Assembly: GCF_012295525.1 (NCBI RefSeq)
Contig: NZ_CP051167.1
Coordinates: 5,749,299 to 5,813,298 of the forward strand
Reading direction: 5' to 3'
Origin: Oxynema aestuarii AP17
GTDB taxonomy: Bacteria > Cyanobacteriota > Cyanobacteriia > Cyanobacteriales > Laspinemataceae
DNA: 64,000 bases
In this document: positions 11,080 to 21,231 of the stretch, one piece after another
Position numbering within the stretch: position 1 is the first letter of the stretch
How the letters are laid out: each line of letters opens with the position of its first letter
The notes under the pieces: generated by a model
Seen by the model: only the letters and a program-made list of their open reading frames with translations
The model's database searches: none
Told to the model about the DNA's origin: nothing
Program-made: the position numbers and the translations under genes

Positions 11080-12648
11080 ATGCTATCTAAAACACGCGGA
11101 ACTATCGCCGCCGGACATCCCAAAACTGCCGAAGCGGGAATCGAAATGTTTCGCTTGGGTGGCAATGCTTTTGATGCCGCCGTCGCCGCCATGCTCGCTT
11201 CTTTTGTCGTCGAATCCGGTCTCACCTCTGTCGCTGGCGGCGGCTTTCTCCTCGCACGAACTCGGGAAAATCGACAAATTTTATTCGATTTTTTCGCCCA
11301 GACTCCCCGCCATCCCCAACCTCTTGAAACTTTAGATTTTTATCCCGTGGATCTCGATTTTGGCGGCACCACCCAACAGTTTCATATCGGCTTGGGATCG
11401 ATCGCCGTCCCCGGCAATCTCGCAGGTCTGTTCGCCGTTCACCAACAGTTAGGAACTTTACCCTTTCACGTCCTTGCCGAACCCGCGATCGCTTACGCCG
11501 GTCAAGGAGTAGAAATTAATCCCTTTCAATCTTATTTATTAAACCTACTCGCTCCCATCTTACTGCGCGATCCGGCGTCCCGTCAGATCTACGCCCCCCA
11601 AGGGACTTTATTACAAGTGGGCGATACGATCGCCATGCCCAATTTAGGGACAGTTTTTGAAGAATTTGCTAAAAGTGGAACTTACGAATTTTATCGCGGT
11701 GAAATTGCCCGCCAAGTCGTGCGTGACTGTCAAGAAAAAGGCGGACATTTAACTTTAGAAGACTTTGAAAACTATCGAGTTATTTTACGCTCTCCCTTAC
11801 GCATTCCCTATCGCGATCGCCAACTGCTGATGAACCCGCCCCCGAGCTCGGGAGGCGCCCTCATCGCTTTTACGCTCAAGCTGTTATCTACTTTCGATTT
11901 CGATCGCTTCTCTTTTGGCAGCTTACCCCATTTACACGCCCTTTGTCGGGCAATGCAGTTAACGAATGTTGGAAGAAAAGATGGGTATGACGACTCACTT
12001 TATAATGCGGATGTTTTAGATGATTTCTTGTCTAAAAAACATTTATTAGACTATCAATCCCAGTTTCAAACTTATCTGAAAAACGATCTGAATAAATTAG
12101 GCAGTACCACGCATATTAGCGTCCTCGATTGCGAAGGAAATGCGGCCAGCGTGACCACCTCCAACGGCGAAGGGTCTTCCTATATCATTCCCGGGACGGA
12201 TATTGCCATGAATAATATGTTAGGAGAAGCGGATTTAAACCCGCGCGGGTTCCATCGATGGCGCCCGAATTGTCGGATGTCTTCAATGATGACACCGACG
12301 GTGTTAATGAAGGGCGATCGCCCGGAAATGGTTCTCGGTTCTGGCGGTTCCAATCGGATTAGAACGGCTATTTTTCAAGTAATTTCTAATTTTGTCGATT
12401 TTAAAATGGAGGCGATCGCCGCCGTCGAAAGTCCGAGAACTCATTATGAAAATGGTGTTTTTCATCTCGAACCCGGACTACCGGGAGATCTGTTCGATCC
12501 TCCGGAATTTTCTTCGGAGTTTGAATGGATTTATTGGCAAGAAAAAAGTATGTTTTTTGGGGGAGTGCATAGTGTGGCGATCGCCCCCGACGGTTCGATG
12601 TTTGGGATTGGAGATTCCCGACGGAGTGGAATGGGTTTGAGTGTTTAA
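11080..12648 (+). CDS. ggt: Gamma-glutamyltranspeptidase family protein
   Basis: 522-aa ORF. The N-terminus GTIAAGHPKTAEAGIEMFRLGGNAFDAAVAA and the catalytic-Thr region GSTTHISVLDCEGNAASVTTSNGEG are typical of GGT (Ntn-hydrolase). Confidence 0.9.
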   Translation: MLSKTRGTIAAGHPKTAEAGIEMFRLGGNAFDAAVAAMLASFVVESGLTSVAGGGFLLARTRENRQILFDFFAQTPRHPQPLETLDFYPVDLDFGGTTQQFHIGLGSIAVPGNLAGLFAVHQQLGTLPFHVLAEPAIAYAGQGVEINPFQSYLLNLLAPILLRDPASRQIYAPQGTLLQVGDTIAMPNLGTVFEEFAKSGTYEFYRGEIARQVVRDCQEKGGHLTLEDFENYRVILRSPLRIPYRDRQLLMNPPPSSGGALIAFTLKLLSTFDFDRFSFGSLPHLHALCRAMQLTNVGRKDGYDDSLYNADVLDDFLSKKHLLDYQSQFQTYLKNDLNKLGSTTHISVLDCEGNAASVTTSNGEGSSYIIPGTDIAMNNMLGEADLNPRGFHRWRPNCRMSSMMTPTVLMKGDRPEMVLGSGGSNRIRTAIFQVISNFVDFKMEAIAAVESPRTHYENGVFHLEPGLPGDLFDPPEFSSEFEWIYWQEKSMFFGGVHSVAIAPDGSMFGIGDSRRSGMGLSV

Positions 12649-12804
12649 AGGAAAAGCCAATATAGGGTGTTCGATCGCGATCGAGGACGGCGACTCAAGG
12701 GATAACGACCTCAATCCGTCGGTATCGTCAAGGGATAGAGATAGTTTTGATGGCGAGGGGCTTACAATAGGAAAAGAATTAAAAACAAAAGTGCGATCGC
12801 CTAG

Positions 12805-13749
12805 ATGATGAAATCTTATTCTCTTGCTGCTTTGTGTGCTTGTTCGTTGAGCGTGCTGCTGGTTTGCAATACATGGACGATCGCTCGTGCGATCGCCGAA
12901 CCCGTGGCGGACCGCTCGTCCGAGGTAGAAGTGAGATCGCCGGAGGTGCGGGCGCGGCAACTGGCGGCGGAATGGGCCGACGCACGAGTGATTTATTTAG
13001 GCGAAACTCACGATCGCCAAGCGGACCATCGAGCGCAGTTGGCCATTATCCAGGCGTTACAGGCTCAAAATCCCAAAGTGGCGATCGCGATGGAAATGTT
13101 CCAACGACCGTATCAGGGGGCGATCGATGCCTATCTGGCGGGAGAATTGGACGAGGCTCAGTTGGTGGAACAAACCGAATACGATCGCCGATGGGGATTT
13201 CCGTGGGAAAATTACGCGCCGATCCTGCGGTTTGCCCAAGCGCAACAGTTACCGACCCTCGCCTTAAACGTGCCGAGTGAAGTGACGCGCAAACTGGCGC
13301 GGGAAGGCTGGGAGAGCCTCGACGAGGGCGATCGCCAGTATATCCCGCCTCGGGAACAAATCGACCTCGATAACGAAGACTATCGAGCCTTATTGCGCGG
13401 GGTGTACGAGCAACACGCGCAAGCGGGTCACGGGTCGAGTGAAGATCTCGATCGCTTCTTCTTCGTGCAAGTGTTGTGGGACGAAACGATGGCGGAAAGG
13501 ATCGCCGAATTCCTGGAGGATAACGAAGACTATCAAGTGGTGGTGTTGACCGGAAGCGGTCACGTGGTCTACGGTTACGGGATTCCCGATCGCGTCGCCC
13601 GACGGATGGGCGATCGCCGCGACTTCGTACAGCGATCGCTGGTGTTCGACCCGCCGGAGAGCTTACCCAATCCCGGAGGACGGGCGATCGCCGATTTTGT
13701 CTGGACTCACGACCCCACGGCGTCGGGCGATCGGTCAAAAGGTGACTAA
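12805..13749 (+). CDS. ChaN/Tiki-like (haem-binding-uptake family) putative lipoprotein
   Basis: 314-aa ORF with a signal/lipobox-like N-terminus (LAALCACSLSVLL). The motifs VIYLGETHDRQADH and VVVLTGSGHV resemble the ChaN/TraB/Tiki fold. Confidence 0.55.
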   Translation: MMKSYSLAALCACSLSVLLVCNTWTIARAIAEPVADRSSEVEVRSPEVRARQLAAEWADARVIYLGETHDRQADHRAQLAIIQALQAQNPKVAIAMEMFQRPYQGAIDAYLAGELDEAQLVEQTEYDRRWGFPWENYAPILRFAQAQQLPTLALNVPSEVTRKLAREGWESLDEGDRQYIPPREQIDLDNEDYRALLRGVYEQHAQAGHGSSEDLDRFFFVQVLWDETMAERIAEFLEDNEDYQVVVLTGSGHVVYGYGIPDRVARRMGDRRDFVQRSLVFDPPESLPNPGGRAIADFVWTHDPTASGDRSKGD

Positions 13750-14547
13750 TTCCGAAACAAGGGGGCGAAACACCCCGGTTAAATCCCCGTGAGCGACTAC
13801 TAAGGTCGGGAAGTTGCGATCGCCGTAATCTTCCCCGGGGTTGAGGGGAAAGATCGGGGTCGATTGCAATTCCACCCAGGTTCCTCCGGCGGCGCGGACG
13901 ATCGGCCAAACTCCGGCAATATCCCAAATCTTCGGCGTCGCTTCGACCCCGCCGAGGGTAACCCCGTTGGCGACCATCAAAAAGTTATAGCTGGCGACTC
14001 CTAGCAGGCGAATTTTGCAGGGAAATGGTTCGTGAAACAAGCGGATCGATCGCGAACAAAAGCTGAAAAAGTGGTTGCCACTCGGTTCGTCCGCACTGGT
14101 GGCGATCGCCCGATTGTTGAGAAATGCCCCTTGCGGGCCGTCTAACCCGGTGTCGCCGTACCAAAACCCATAAAAGGACTGTCCCAGAGGTGGGAGGTGC
14201 ACGTAACCGAACACGGGAGTTCCGCGATAGAACAATCCCAAAGAAATTCCCCAAATCGGAATACTGCGGGCGAAATTGGTCGTTCCGTCGAGGGGATCGA
14301 CGACCCAACACCATTCGTCGCCGCCAAAACAGGTGTCGCCTTCCTCGCTCAAAATGCCGAAGTCCGGGAATACGCCAGAAATGGCCTCGCGGATTTCGCG
14401 ATCGGCCCATTTGTCCGATTGCGTTACCAAGCTGCCATCCGCCTTTTCCGACGGCTGAACTTGACCGAAATCTGCCATGAGATCGTTACCGACTTTCCCC
14501 GTCGTCGTCTCGGCAAAGTTTAAAACCCTATCCCAAAAATCACGCAT
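13735..14547 (-). CDS. Inositol monophosphatase family protein
   Basis: 270-aa ORF carrying the WVVDPLDGTTNF motif and the metal-binding EE..D pattern characteristic of IMPase/SuhB-family phosphatases. Confidence 0.85.
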   Translation of the reverse strand: MRDFWDRVLNFAETTTGKVGNDLMADFGQVQPSEKADGSLVTQSDKWADREIREAISGVFPDFGILSEEGDTCFGGDEWCWVVDPLDGTTNFARSIPIWGISLGLFYRGTPVFGYVHLPPLGQSFYGFWYGDTGLDGPQGAFLNNRAIATSADEPSGNHFFSFCSRSIRLFHEPFPCKIRLLGVASYNFLMVANGVTLGGVEATPKIWDIAGVWPIVRAAGGTWVELQSTPIFPLNPGEDYGDRNFPTLVVAHGDLTGVFRPLVSELVTF

Positions 14548-14642
14548 CCAACTTTTAGAGGTTAAATTTTAGAGTTCAGATTATCAAAAACATGGCCCGT
14601 GAAAACCTCGCGTAACTCTCTGGGACTATCCCAAATTCCGAT

Positions 14643-16082
14643 TCAGTCGAGTTCGCCTTCCATGACGGCGGCGATCGCCTGTTTGGCATTTGCTTGGAAT
14701 TCTACTGCATTGACCCGCCGCAACAGCGCCACCGCCGAGATCATGCCGACGTATTGAACCGCGAACACGGTACTGTAAGCCAACACCGGACTCTGAAAGA
14801 TCGCCCGACCCAAATCTAAGACGGCCCCCCCGGTGACGGTTGCCAGTCCGCGCGCGATCGCCTGGGCCAATCCCCACGCCCCGATAAAGGTTCCCGCCGT
14901 TTCCGCCGCCGTCAGATCGAGCATCAAACTGATCGCCCCGGTGGTAATCACTCCAGACCCGAAGCCGTACAGTAGCAACGCCCCCATCAACATCGACGGT
15001 TCGGCGACAAAACCCGCCAGGGCCAGCAATGCCAAACAACCGGAAACCCCGATACAACCGATTTTGGTCGTTTGCTGTTTGCCCAAACGCGGCGCGATCG
15101 CAAAACCTGTCAAGCTAATCCCGATTAAGGTTCCCATGCCAAAAAAAGCATTGAGTTTGGTGGTTTCGGCGATCGGCATTCCGAAAACTTCGCCGCCGTA
15201 AGGTTCCATCACTGCATCTTGCATGAACAGGCTGATACTCATTACCAGCAGAAATGAGAAAAAGATGCCCGTCTGGCGGCTGGCGGTCAATACCCGCAAG
15301 GCATGACCCAGGGTGATTTTATCTTCGCGATGGGCGACGCTAGAACGCTGGGAATAGCGAGAATAGTTCTGTTCCACGCCGACGGTCGCGATAAAGGTCA
15401 AAAACACGACGATCGCCGGGACAGTTAAAAATAAACGATTGACCGACGCTTGTAACTGTTCGATGGGCGTGTCGAGGGCAATTTGTTTGAGCAACACACT
15501 GCTGACGATCGCCCCGATAATAATCCCCACCATCAACATCGACCAAACTGTGCCGACTAATTTAGAACGGTTGTCTTCGTCGGAAATATCGACTAACAAC
15601 GCCGCAAAGGGCGTAGAACTGGCACTGAGGGCCAAACCGTAACCGGAAAAGACTAACCCGAAAACCGCAGCCCAGCCGTAACTGTCCGGGGTCCAGCCCC
15701 CCGCTTGTTCCATCGACTGACCCAATTGCCAGACAACTTGCACCGCTACGAAGGACATGGCGGTAAATAAGATGCTTCCTCCCCAAACATAGGGCGTTCG
15801 GTGCAGTCCGGCGATCGGTTTGGCGTCGGACATTTGCCCGAACCATACCCGCGCCGGGGCGACAAATTGGTGCATGGCGATCGCCCCGGCGGCAATCAGG
15901 GCGGGGACTTTGAGCTCGTCAATGGCAATCCGGTTGATCACGCCGAGGGTCAACACGGACATGATGCCCAAGCCCATTTGAAATAAGCCCAAGCGAAACA
16001 TGGTGGCGAGATTGATTCGCGGTAAGCTTTCCCCCGCGATCGCTTCTGCCTCGGGTAGATTGCCTGTTTCCATAGTTGTCAA
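14643..16082 (-). CDS. PucC/BCD-family MFS transporter
   Basis: 479-aa ORF with ~12 TM segments. The N-proximal FRLGLFQMGLGIMSVLTLGVINR resembles the PucC/LhaA (BCD) family. Confidence 0.65.
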   Translation of the reverse strand: MTTMETGNLPEAEAIAGESLPRINLATMFRLGLFQMGLGIMSVLTLGVINRIAIDELKVPALIAAGAIAMHQFVAPARVWFGQMSDAKPIAGLHRTPYVWGGSILFTAMSFVAVQVVWQLGQSMEQAGGWTPDSYGWAAVFGLVFSGYGLALSASSTPFAALLVDISDEDNRSKLVGTVWSMLMVGIIIGAIVSSVLLKQIALDTPIEQLQASVNRLFLTVPAIVVFLTFIATVGVEQNYSRYSQRSSVAHREDKITLGHALRVLTASRQTGIFFSFLLVMSISLFMQDAVMEPYGGEVFGMPIAETTKLNAFFGMGTLIGISLTGFAIAPRLGKQQTTKIGCIGVSGCLALLALAGFVAEPSMLMGALLLYGFGSGVITTGAISLMLDLTAAETAGTFIGAWGLAQAIARGLATVTGGAVLDLGRAIFQSPVLAYSTVFAVQYVGMISAVALLRRVNAVEFQANAKQAIAAVMEGELD

Positions 16083-16137
16083 TCGTTGTTTTTCTTTAGG
16101 GGTTATCTTTGGTTTATGTTAAACCCAAGGCCGCCTT

Positions 16138-16196
16138 TTAAATTAGATTTTAGATTTTAGATTTTAAATTAGATTTTAGATTTTAGATTTTAGATT
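16138..16196. repeat. Heptanucleotide tandem repeat array (TAGATTT/TAGATTG units), STRR-like
   Basis: attagattttagattttagattttaaattagattttagattttagattttagattg, visible directly in the sequence. Confidence 0.8.
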
Positions 16197-16391
16197 GTAT
16201 AGCATTTCTCAATCCGTTGAGTCCGGCTTGCCTAGCTCAACCCCTCGGTCCTGGGAAGATCTTGTTCCCTGTGGGAGCATCTTGCTCCCGACTTGAGTTA
16301 CCCATCATTTACAATGGCGATCGAAGCGAGCAGCGCGAGCTAGCACGACCCGGATCGATCCGGTTATTTTTTCGTTGTCCTTTCGATCGCT

Positions 16392-16421
16392 AACAAAAAA
16401 TAACCCGCCAAAGCGGGTTAT
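16392..16421 (-). terminator. Rho-independent terminator (minus strand) downstream of the pentapeptide-repeat gene
   Basis: Perfect 9-bp stem ataacccgc-caaa-gcgggttat followed (on the minus strand) by a T6 run. It is ~45 nt past the stop of the 16463..17074(-) gene. Confidence 0.6.
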
Positions 16422-16462
16422 CTCTACGTCGAGCGAACTAAATTTTTTCAACTCAAAAGCCT

Positions 16463-17074
16463 TTATCGGACTCGGGCGCGATCGCGTTCCGTCACTTCGA
16501 CGGCGCTGGTTTCTCCCGTTCCCAACCCGTTCGCCTCGTTGATACTGGCAGGATCTAAATGAGCGTCGGTCAGATTTGCCGCTTCCCAACTGACTCCGCT
16601 TAAATTTGCACCGATTAAATTGGCTCCGCGTAAATTGGTATAACTTAAGTTCCCATCGCTCAAGTTGGCCATCCCTAAATTGGCTTGGGATAAATTCGCC
16701 CCGTTTAAGTCCGAACGACTTAAATTAATAAAACTGAGATTGGCATTCCCTAACTGCGCTTGTCTGAGATTGACTCCAGATAAGTTCGCTTCAAATAAAT
16801 TGGCATTAATTAAGATAGCCTGTTCTAAATTTGTTTCTGATAAATCTGCATTACACAGGTTCGCCGCTTCTAAATTTGCTCCCGTTAAATTCGCACCCTT
16901 TAAGTTCGCTTCGCGCAAATCCGCCCCGACTAAATCCGCATCACTTAAATCGCATCCCTCGCATTGTTTCGTTTGTAACAATTGGGTGACGTGTTCTGGG
17001 TTGGCGGCGTGACCGGGACTCGACCAAGCGATCGCTACGGGTAAAACTAAAGAGAGTAAAAGACTGAGTTTCAC
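16463..17074 (-). CDS. Secreted pentapeptide-repeat protein
   Basis: 203-aa ORF with an N-terminal signal peptide (MKLSLLLSLVLPVAIAWSSPGHA) followed by continuous A(N/D)L(S/T/R)xA(N/D)L pentapeptide repeats. Confidence 0.85.
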   Translation of the reverse strand: MKLSLLLSLVLPVAIAWSSPGHAANPEHVTQLLQTKQCEGCDLSDADLVGADLREANLKGANLTGANLEAANLCNADLSETNLEQAILINANLFEANLSGVNLRQAQLGNANLSFINLSRSDLNGANLSQANLGMANLSDGNLSYTNLRGANLIGANLSGVSWEAANLTDAHLDPASINEANGLGTGETSAVEVTERDRARVR

Positions 17075-17282
17075 GGTTTCCCCCCCGTAATTTATAATCT
17101 TGTCGCTTAGTGTTCCCCCGCTCCGGCGATCGCTAACAGGTTCTCTCTAAAAAAATCCCCGTTTTCGATCGACCGCAGACCTGCGATAATTTTTCTTTTA
17201 AAACAAATAAAAACATCGCGATTTGACCTGCATTTTCGATCGCTCCGGTGGCGATCGCTCCGACGCCCTCACTCCCTCTTAT

Positions 17283-17864
17283 TTATGGCGTAAACCCAAT
17301 AGCATTGGTAAAGTTACCGCCTCTCGAACCGAGGACGTTCGCCCCGATTAAATTCGCTGCATTAAAATTGGCATTGAGTAAATTCGAGCCTCTTAAGTTT
17401 GCCGCATTCAAATTTGCCCGAAATAAATCGGCATTGCGCAAATCTACTTCTACTAAATGGGCTCCACTCAAGTTTGCAGCTTTTAACAGTGCGTCTTGTA
17501 AATTAGCTCCGTCTAAGGTCGCTTCGACTAAATTGGCAACGGATAAATCGGCTTCTGTTAGATTGGCGGCGCGTAAATTTGCCCCTCTGAGGTTGGCCCC
17601 GGTTAAGTTCGCACCGGATAAATTAGCGCCGGATAAATCGGCGCCGTTGAGGTTGGCCCCGCGCAGATCGACCCCCACCAAATCGCGACCGGACAGATCG
17701 GCGCCGTTGAGGTTGAAACCCGCACCGTTCCGGGTTTCTAGCAGCTCTTGCACCGGGGCATTGACTTGGGCGAGGGTGGGAAGGGAGCATCCCAGGACGA
17801 GGGCGAGGGCGCTGGCAGTCAGCAATGTGGGACGGTTCATGGAAATCGTGCCTCCTAGCTGCAT
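17283..17864 (-). CDS. Secreted pentapeptide-repeat protein (paralog of the preceding gene)
   Basis: 193-aa ORF with a signal peptide (LLTASALALVLGCSLPTLA) followed by ANLxGANL pentapeptide repeats throughout. Confidence 0.85.
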   Translation of the reverse strand: MQLGGTISMNRPTLLTASALALVLGCSLPTLAQVNAPVQELLETRNGAGFNLNGADLSGRDLVGVDLRGANLNGADLSGANLSGANLTGANLRGANLRAANLTEADLSVANLVEATLDGANLQDALLKAANLSGAHLVEVDLRNADLFRANLNAANLRGSNLLNANFNAANLIGANVLGSRGGNFTNAIGFTP

Positions 17865-18109
17865 GAGTTGGCGGAGTTGACCTCAATCGGCGATCGCGCG
17901 ATCGCTCGCGATTCGGTATTCTTACGGTCAGTTGGTTACGTGCTTTTACTTAATTTTAACATGAGGGTTTCAAAGCTAACCCGTTTGCAGCATGTTGACG
18001 GAGGAAGATCGCCCCTCGTCGTCCTCGAAAAGGGGATCGAAATGGGGGGCGATCGAGATTTATTCTCGTCCAATTTTCTTTCAAGAAATCTTTAAATTAA
18101 GGTTGCGGG

Positions 18110-18139
18110 GGTAGGGAGACGAGATTGCCGTATCCCTAC
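18110..18139. repeat. Dispersed hairpin repeat, family member 1 (ggtagggagacgagattgccgtatccctac)
   Basis: Imperfect palindrome related to the copies at 24606..24636 and 25561..25588. Confidence 0.5.
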
Positions 18140-18271
18140 ATTTCTTGTTTCAATAAATGGGGTGAATTAGGTTCTCGATCGCCCAGGGAAGACGGGCGAT
18201 CGCCTGGGGTTAAAATCAGCAATTTTACGGTATTACCGAAGGGGTGACAATTCTCGATTTCGACCGCCGTT

Positions 18272-20041
18272 CTAAAAATTAAACTGCGTTCTCACCGTTC
18301 CCGTATAAATATTGGGATTTCTATTAAAATTATTGGCATTACCAATCCAATATAAGGAAGGAATCACCGCAATTTTATCGGTAACGGGAAAATAATAGGT
18401 CGCTTCGATTTCGTACTGAGTTCCGCCATCGCCATCGCCGGACAGTAAAAATCGTCGTCCTTCGATCGGACTGAAGGGAATAATATAAGATAAAGTGGCT
18501 AACGATCCTTCTTTGCCCAAATCGGGAAATGCCATGCCGAGTTGGAGGGACTGGACGGTCAAATCGCCGCCGGGAACCGCATCGCTCGCCGGATCGATAT
18601 CGATATTGCCGTAGCTGTAGCGTCCGAATAGCCCGAATTTCGGGGAAACTAACCAATCGAAATTGACCGCGAAGACATCGGCGTTGGCGTCTTCGAGATC
18701 GCCGCCGAAGCCGTCGTCGGCGACACCGATGAGAGGTCTGCCGCTCACTTGACCGTTGCTGGCTGCGATTTGGGAGCGATCGTAGAGTAAGCGTAAGTTG
18801 AGATTGGGAACGGGAGAGATAGTCAATTGTGTGGTGAGGGCGCGATCGCCGCGAAATAAACCCTCACTGGGGTCGCTACTATCGATCGCCGCGTAACCGA
18901 GGCGTAACTCGAACTGTTCGCTGATGCGCCAGGTGGCGACAGCTCCGGAACTGCGGGCGAGATCGTTAATCAGGGGAGAGCCGTAAGTATCGAAACCACT
19001 GGCGCCGCGACCGAAAGCGGAGGTAAAGGCGTTACTGTCGAAGAAGCGCGACCACAGGAATTTTGGCCCGATCGCCAGTTGTACGGAAGAGGTAACGGGG
19101 AAAATATAAACGGCCTCGGAAATACTGAGGCGGTTCGTTTCTGGGGTGGGTGTGAGATTTAAAACTGGGGTGCCGAAACTGTTAAACCAGCCGTCCGATG
19201 TATAGTTATTGGTCGGCGAGTTACCATTTCCGGTGACCAAGGTGGTAATTAAACTATCTTTTCCGGTGAAAGAAGTGGTGAGAAAGAAGGCGATCGCCTC
19301 GGAAAAGGTGATGCTGGGGTCTTCGCGAACGCGACTGACGATCGCCCGACCGTCGGCGTCCCGTCCGGAACCACTGCCCGTGTCGCCGGGATCGAGGCGA
19401 TTGACCCGCAGATCGTCCCCCGCCGTGGCGGCGGCGACGTTGAAGGTGGCGAGGACGTTGAGTTTGGTGGTGGTGGAGAATTGACGGGCGTCTAGGTCGG
19501 CGAGGCGGGTTTCTACGTCGGCGAGACGATCGCGGGTGGCGGCGAGTTCGGCGGCAAATTCCGCTTGCAGTCGTTCGACCACGGCGAGATCTTCTGGGGT
19601 CAGGTCTACGGGTCCGACGGCGATCGTGTCGAGAAAGGCATTGAGTCCGGCGGCGAATTCGTAGCGGGTGAGGGCGCGATCGCCGCGAAAACTGCCATCG
19701 GGATAGCCTTGGAGGATGCCGTAGGTTTCCACGAGGGATTGCAAGGCTTGAAAGGCCCAGTCTGTCGGTTGCACGTCGGACAATTGTGAGACCGAGGTGA
19801 TTTGAGCCAGGGGATCCGGTTCTCTGGGGGCGGCGATCGCGCCGAGATCGGCCCATCCCGCGCCGACGAGGGCGATCGCGCCGAGGGTCGATCTCAGAAC
19901 AACGGAGAACCGTTGGCAAAGGGCGGGTCGTGCGACTCGGTCAAGCCCTTGGCGAAGGGAAAATTTATCTAAATGATTTTTTGTGTGTCTCACTTTACGC
20001 AAACAGAGAGGAGTCCAGGGCGATCGCGTCACTGGAGCCAT
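18272..20041 (-). CDS. Cyanobacterial outer-membrane porin: N-terminal SLH domain + coiled coil + OprB-family beta-barrel
   Basis: 589-aa ORF. The SLH motif is DVQPTDWAFQALQSLVETYGILQGYPDGSFRGDRALTRYEFAAGLNAF. A coiled-coil linker follows. The C-terminal half is rich in alternating amphipathic beta-strands and ends in an aromatic residue (..TQFNF). The start is uncertain; the true start may lie downstream of 20041. Confidence 0.8.
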   Translation of the reverse strand: MAPVTRSPWTPLCLRKVRHTKNHLDKFSLRQGLDRVARPALCQRFSVVLRSTLGAIALVGAGWADLGAIAAPREPDPLAQITSVSQLSDVQPTDWAFQALQSLVETYGILQGYPDGSFRGDRALTRYEFAAGLNAFLDTIAVGPVDLTPEDLAVVERLQAEFAAELAATRDRLADVETRLADLDARQFSTTTKLNVLATFNVAAATAGDDLRVNRLDPGDTGSGSGRDADGRAIVSRVREDPSITFSEAIAFFLTTSFTGKDSLITTLVTGNGNSPTNNYTSDGWFNSFGTPVLNLTPTPETNRLSISEAVYIFPVTSSVQLAIGPKFLWSRFFDSNAFTSAFGRGASGFDTYGSPLINDLARSSGAVATWRISEQFELRLGYAAIDSSDPSEGLFRGDRALTTQLTISPVPNLNLRLLYDRSQIAASNGQVSGRPLIGVADDGFGGDLEDANADVFAVNFDWLVSPKFGLFGRYSYGNIDIDPASDAVPGGDLTVQSLQLGMAFPDLGKEGSLATLSYIIPFSPIEGRRFLLSGDGDGGTQYEIEATYYFPVTDKIAVIPSLYWIGNANNFNRNPNIYTGTVRTQFNF

Positions 20042-20385
20042 CGCGATCGAGTGATGTTGAAATCGGCGATCGAACCCGGGGAAATGCCAAATTTCCCGAG
20101 GGAATTGTCGCCGACGAACCCTGACGTTTCATCGGTTATATAAAAATGGCGTATAGATGCGACCCTCGCCGATCGCCCTCGTTTGCGGCCAAGCGGGCGA
20201 TCGCGCGGTCAAAGAAGCGTAAAAATCAGGCCAGTTCGGGGGCAGATTTCCCCTCGATGCTCCCCAATTATTAGCACTGAGTTCTTACAATGTCTAGAGG
20301 GATTTACAAATATTTTTTGGCGATCGACGAAGCGAGAAGAGCGCGGCAACGGCGATCGCCCGCTCCCCGTTGCCGCACTCTCGCA

Positions 20386-20892
20386 CTAGGGTTGTTGGTA
20401 CCCTTGCAAATTTTCCGGTTCTAACTTGCGTAACAGTCGCGACGCTTGGCGCGTCAGGGTTTCGCTTCCGGTGACCACGACTAAATACTTCCCCGCATTG
20501 AGGCGATTGCGATAGGGGAGGGCGTCACCACTACCGAGGGCAATCCCGACCCCGCCACCGACAAAAAAGCTGCCCATTGCTCCCGAAGCGGCGCCGAGTA
20601 GACCGCCGACCAGGTGATTGCCAAGTTCCCCCGCCCAAGCGAAGGTATTCAAGCCCGTAATGATGCTGAAGGTCGTCCCGGCGGCAAATCCGAACGGAAC
20701 CAACCACAGGGCCATAAATTTGATTTGTTTGTACGCTTGTTCGTTCGGGTCGATCAAGCCAAACTCGTCGGCGCTTTTGTAGCCTTTGCCTAAAATTTGG
20801 ATTTGATTCGCAGATAAGCCTTCTTTTTCGAGGGTACAGTACGCCTCTTCGGCCTGAATGCGATCGGGAAAAACGGCAACCAAATAATTCAT
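20386..20892 (-). CDS. Hypothetical membrane protein with glycine-zipper segments
   Basis: 168-aa ORF. The soluble N-terminal part is followed by the hydrophobic Gly-rich segments LVPFGFAAGTTFSIITG and GGLLGAASGAMGSFFVGGGVGIALGSG. Confidence 0.5.
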   Translation of the reverse strand: MNYLVAVFPDRIQAEEAYCTLEKEGLSANQIQILGKGYKSADEFGLIDPNEQAYKQIKFMALWLVPFGFAAGTTFSIITGLNTFAWAGELGNHLVGGLLGAASGAMGSFFVGGGVGIALGSGDALPYRNRLNAGKYLVVVTGSETLTRQASRLLRKLEPENLQGYQQP

Positions 20893-21231
20893 AAACTAAA
20901 AAACAGAAAATCTTTGCGATTAAATAAAAATTTTAGAGCAATGGGGAGAATCGAGAACACGATAACTGGGGTGAAGCCGAGGCGATCGCCCCTTGCCAAC
21001 CTAAAAAATTTCCCCCCTCGACCCTGTAAGCGCCCCATTTACGGTTAAAATGTCCTACTGCAGCAAGTCTGCCGAGTGGCGAGGTAAGCGCAAGATTGCT
21101 GCTTGACACCACCGATGTCGATCGCCCGTCAAGTCCCGAAGCTCGCCAATGCTAGGCGGCTATTGCGGCTCATGCATTCACCCTCAGTCGTTCCGGGACT
21201 ATTGTTTTTTGTTGCCACTTAAACGCTGACC

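Noticed and set aside
13735-13749. 15-nt overlap of the convergent ChaN-like and IMPase genes, as a possible antisense regulatory arrangement
   Set aside because: Short 3'-end overlaps of convergent genes are common, and nothing else supports regulation.
13046-13927. 293-aa minus-strand ORF
   Set aside because: Antisense to the ChaN-like gene. The translation is Arg/Pro-rich low complexity, typical of high-GC antisense frames.
16138-16196. Possibility that the short tandem repeats are CRISPR arrays
   Set aside because: Units are 7 nt with no spacers, and no cas genes are nearby. They are microsatellite/STRR-type repeats, not CRISPR.
16665-17880. Plus-strand ORFs (115 aa and 210 aa) rich in KFA/LKF repeats
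   Set aside because: They are the antisense readings of the two pentapeptide-repeat genes. The periodicity comes from the repeat on the opposite strand.
20343-20378. 10-bp GC hairpin (gcggcaacgg..ccgttgccgc) downstream of the 20386..20892(-) gene as a terminator
   Set aside because: On the minus strand the hairpin is not followed by a U-run. It is built around a HIP1 site and may simply be a HIP1-containing palindrome.
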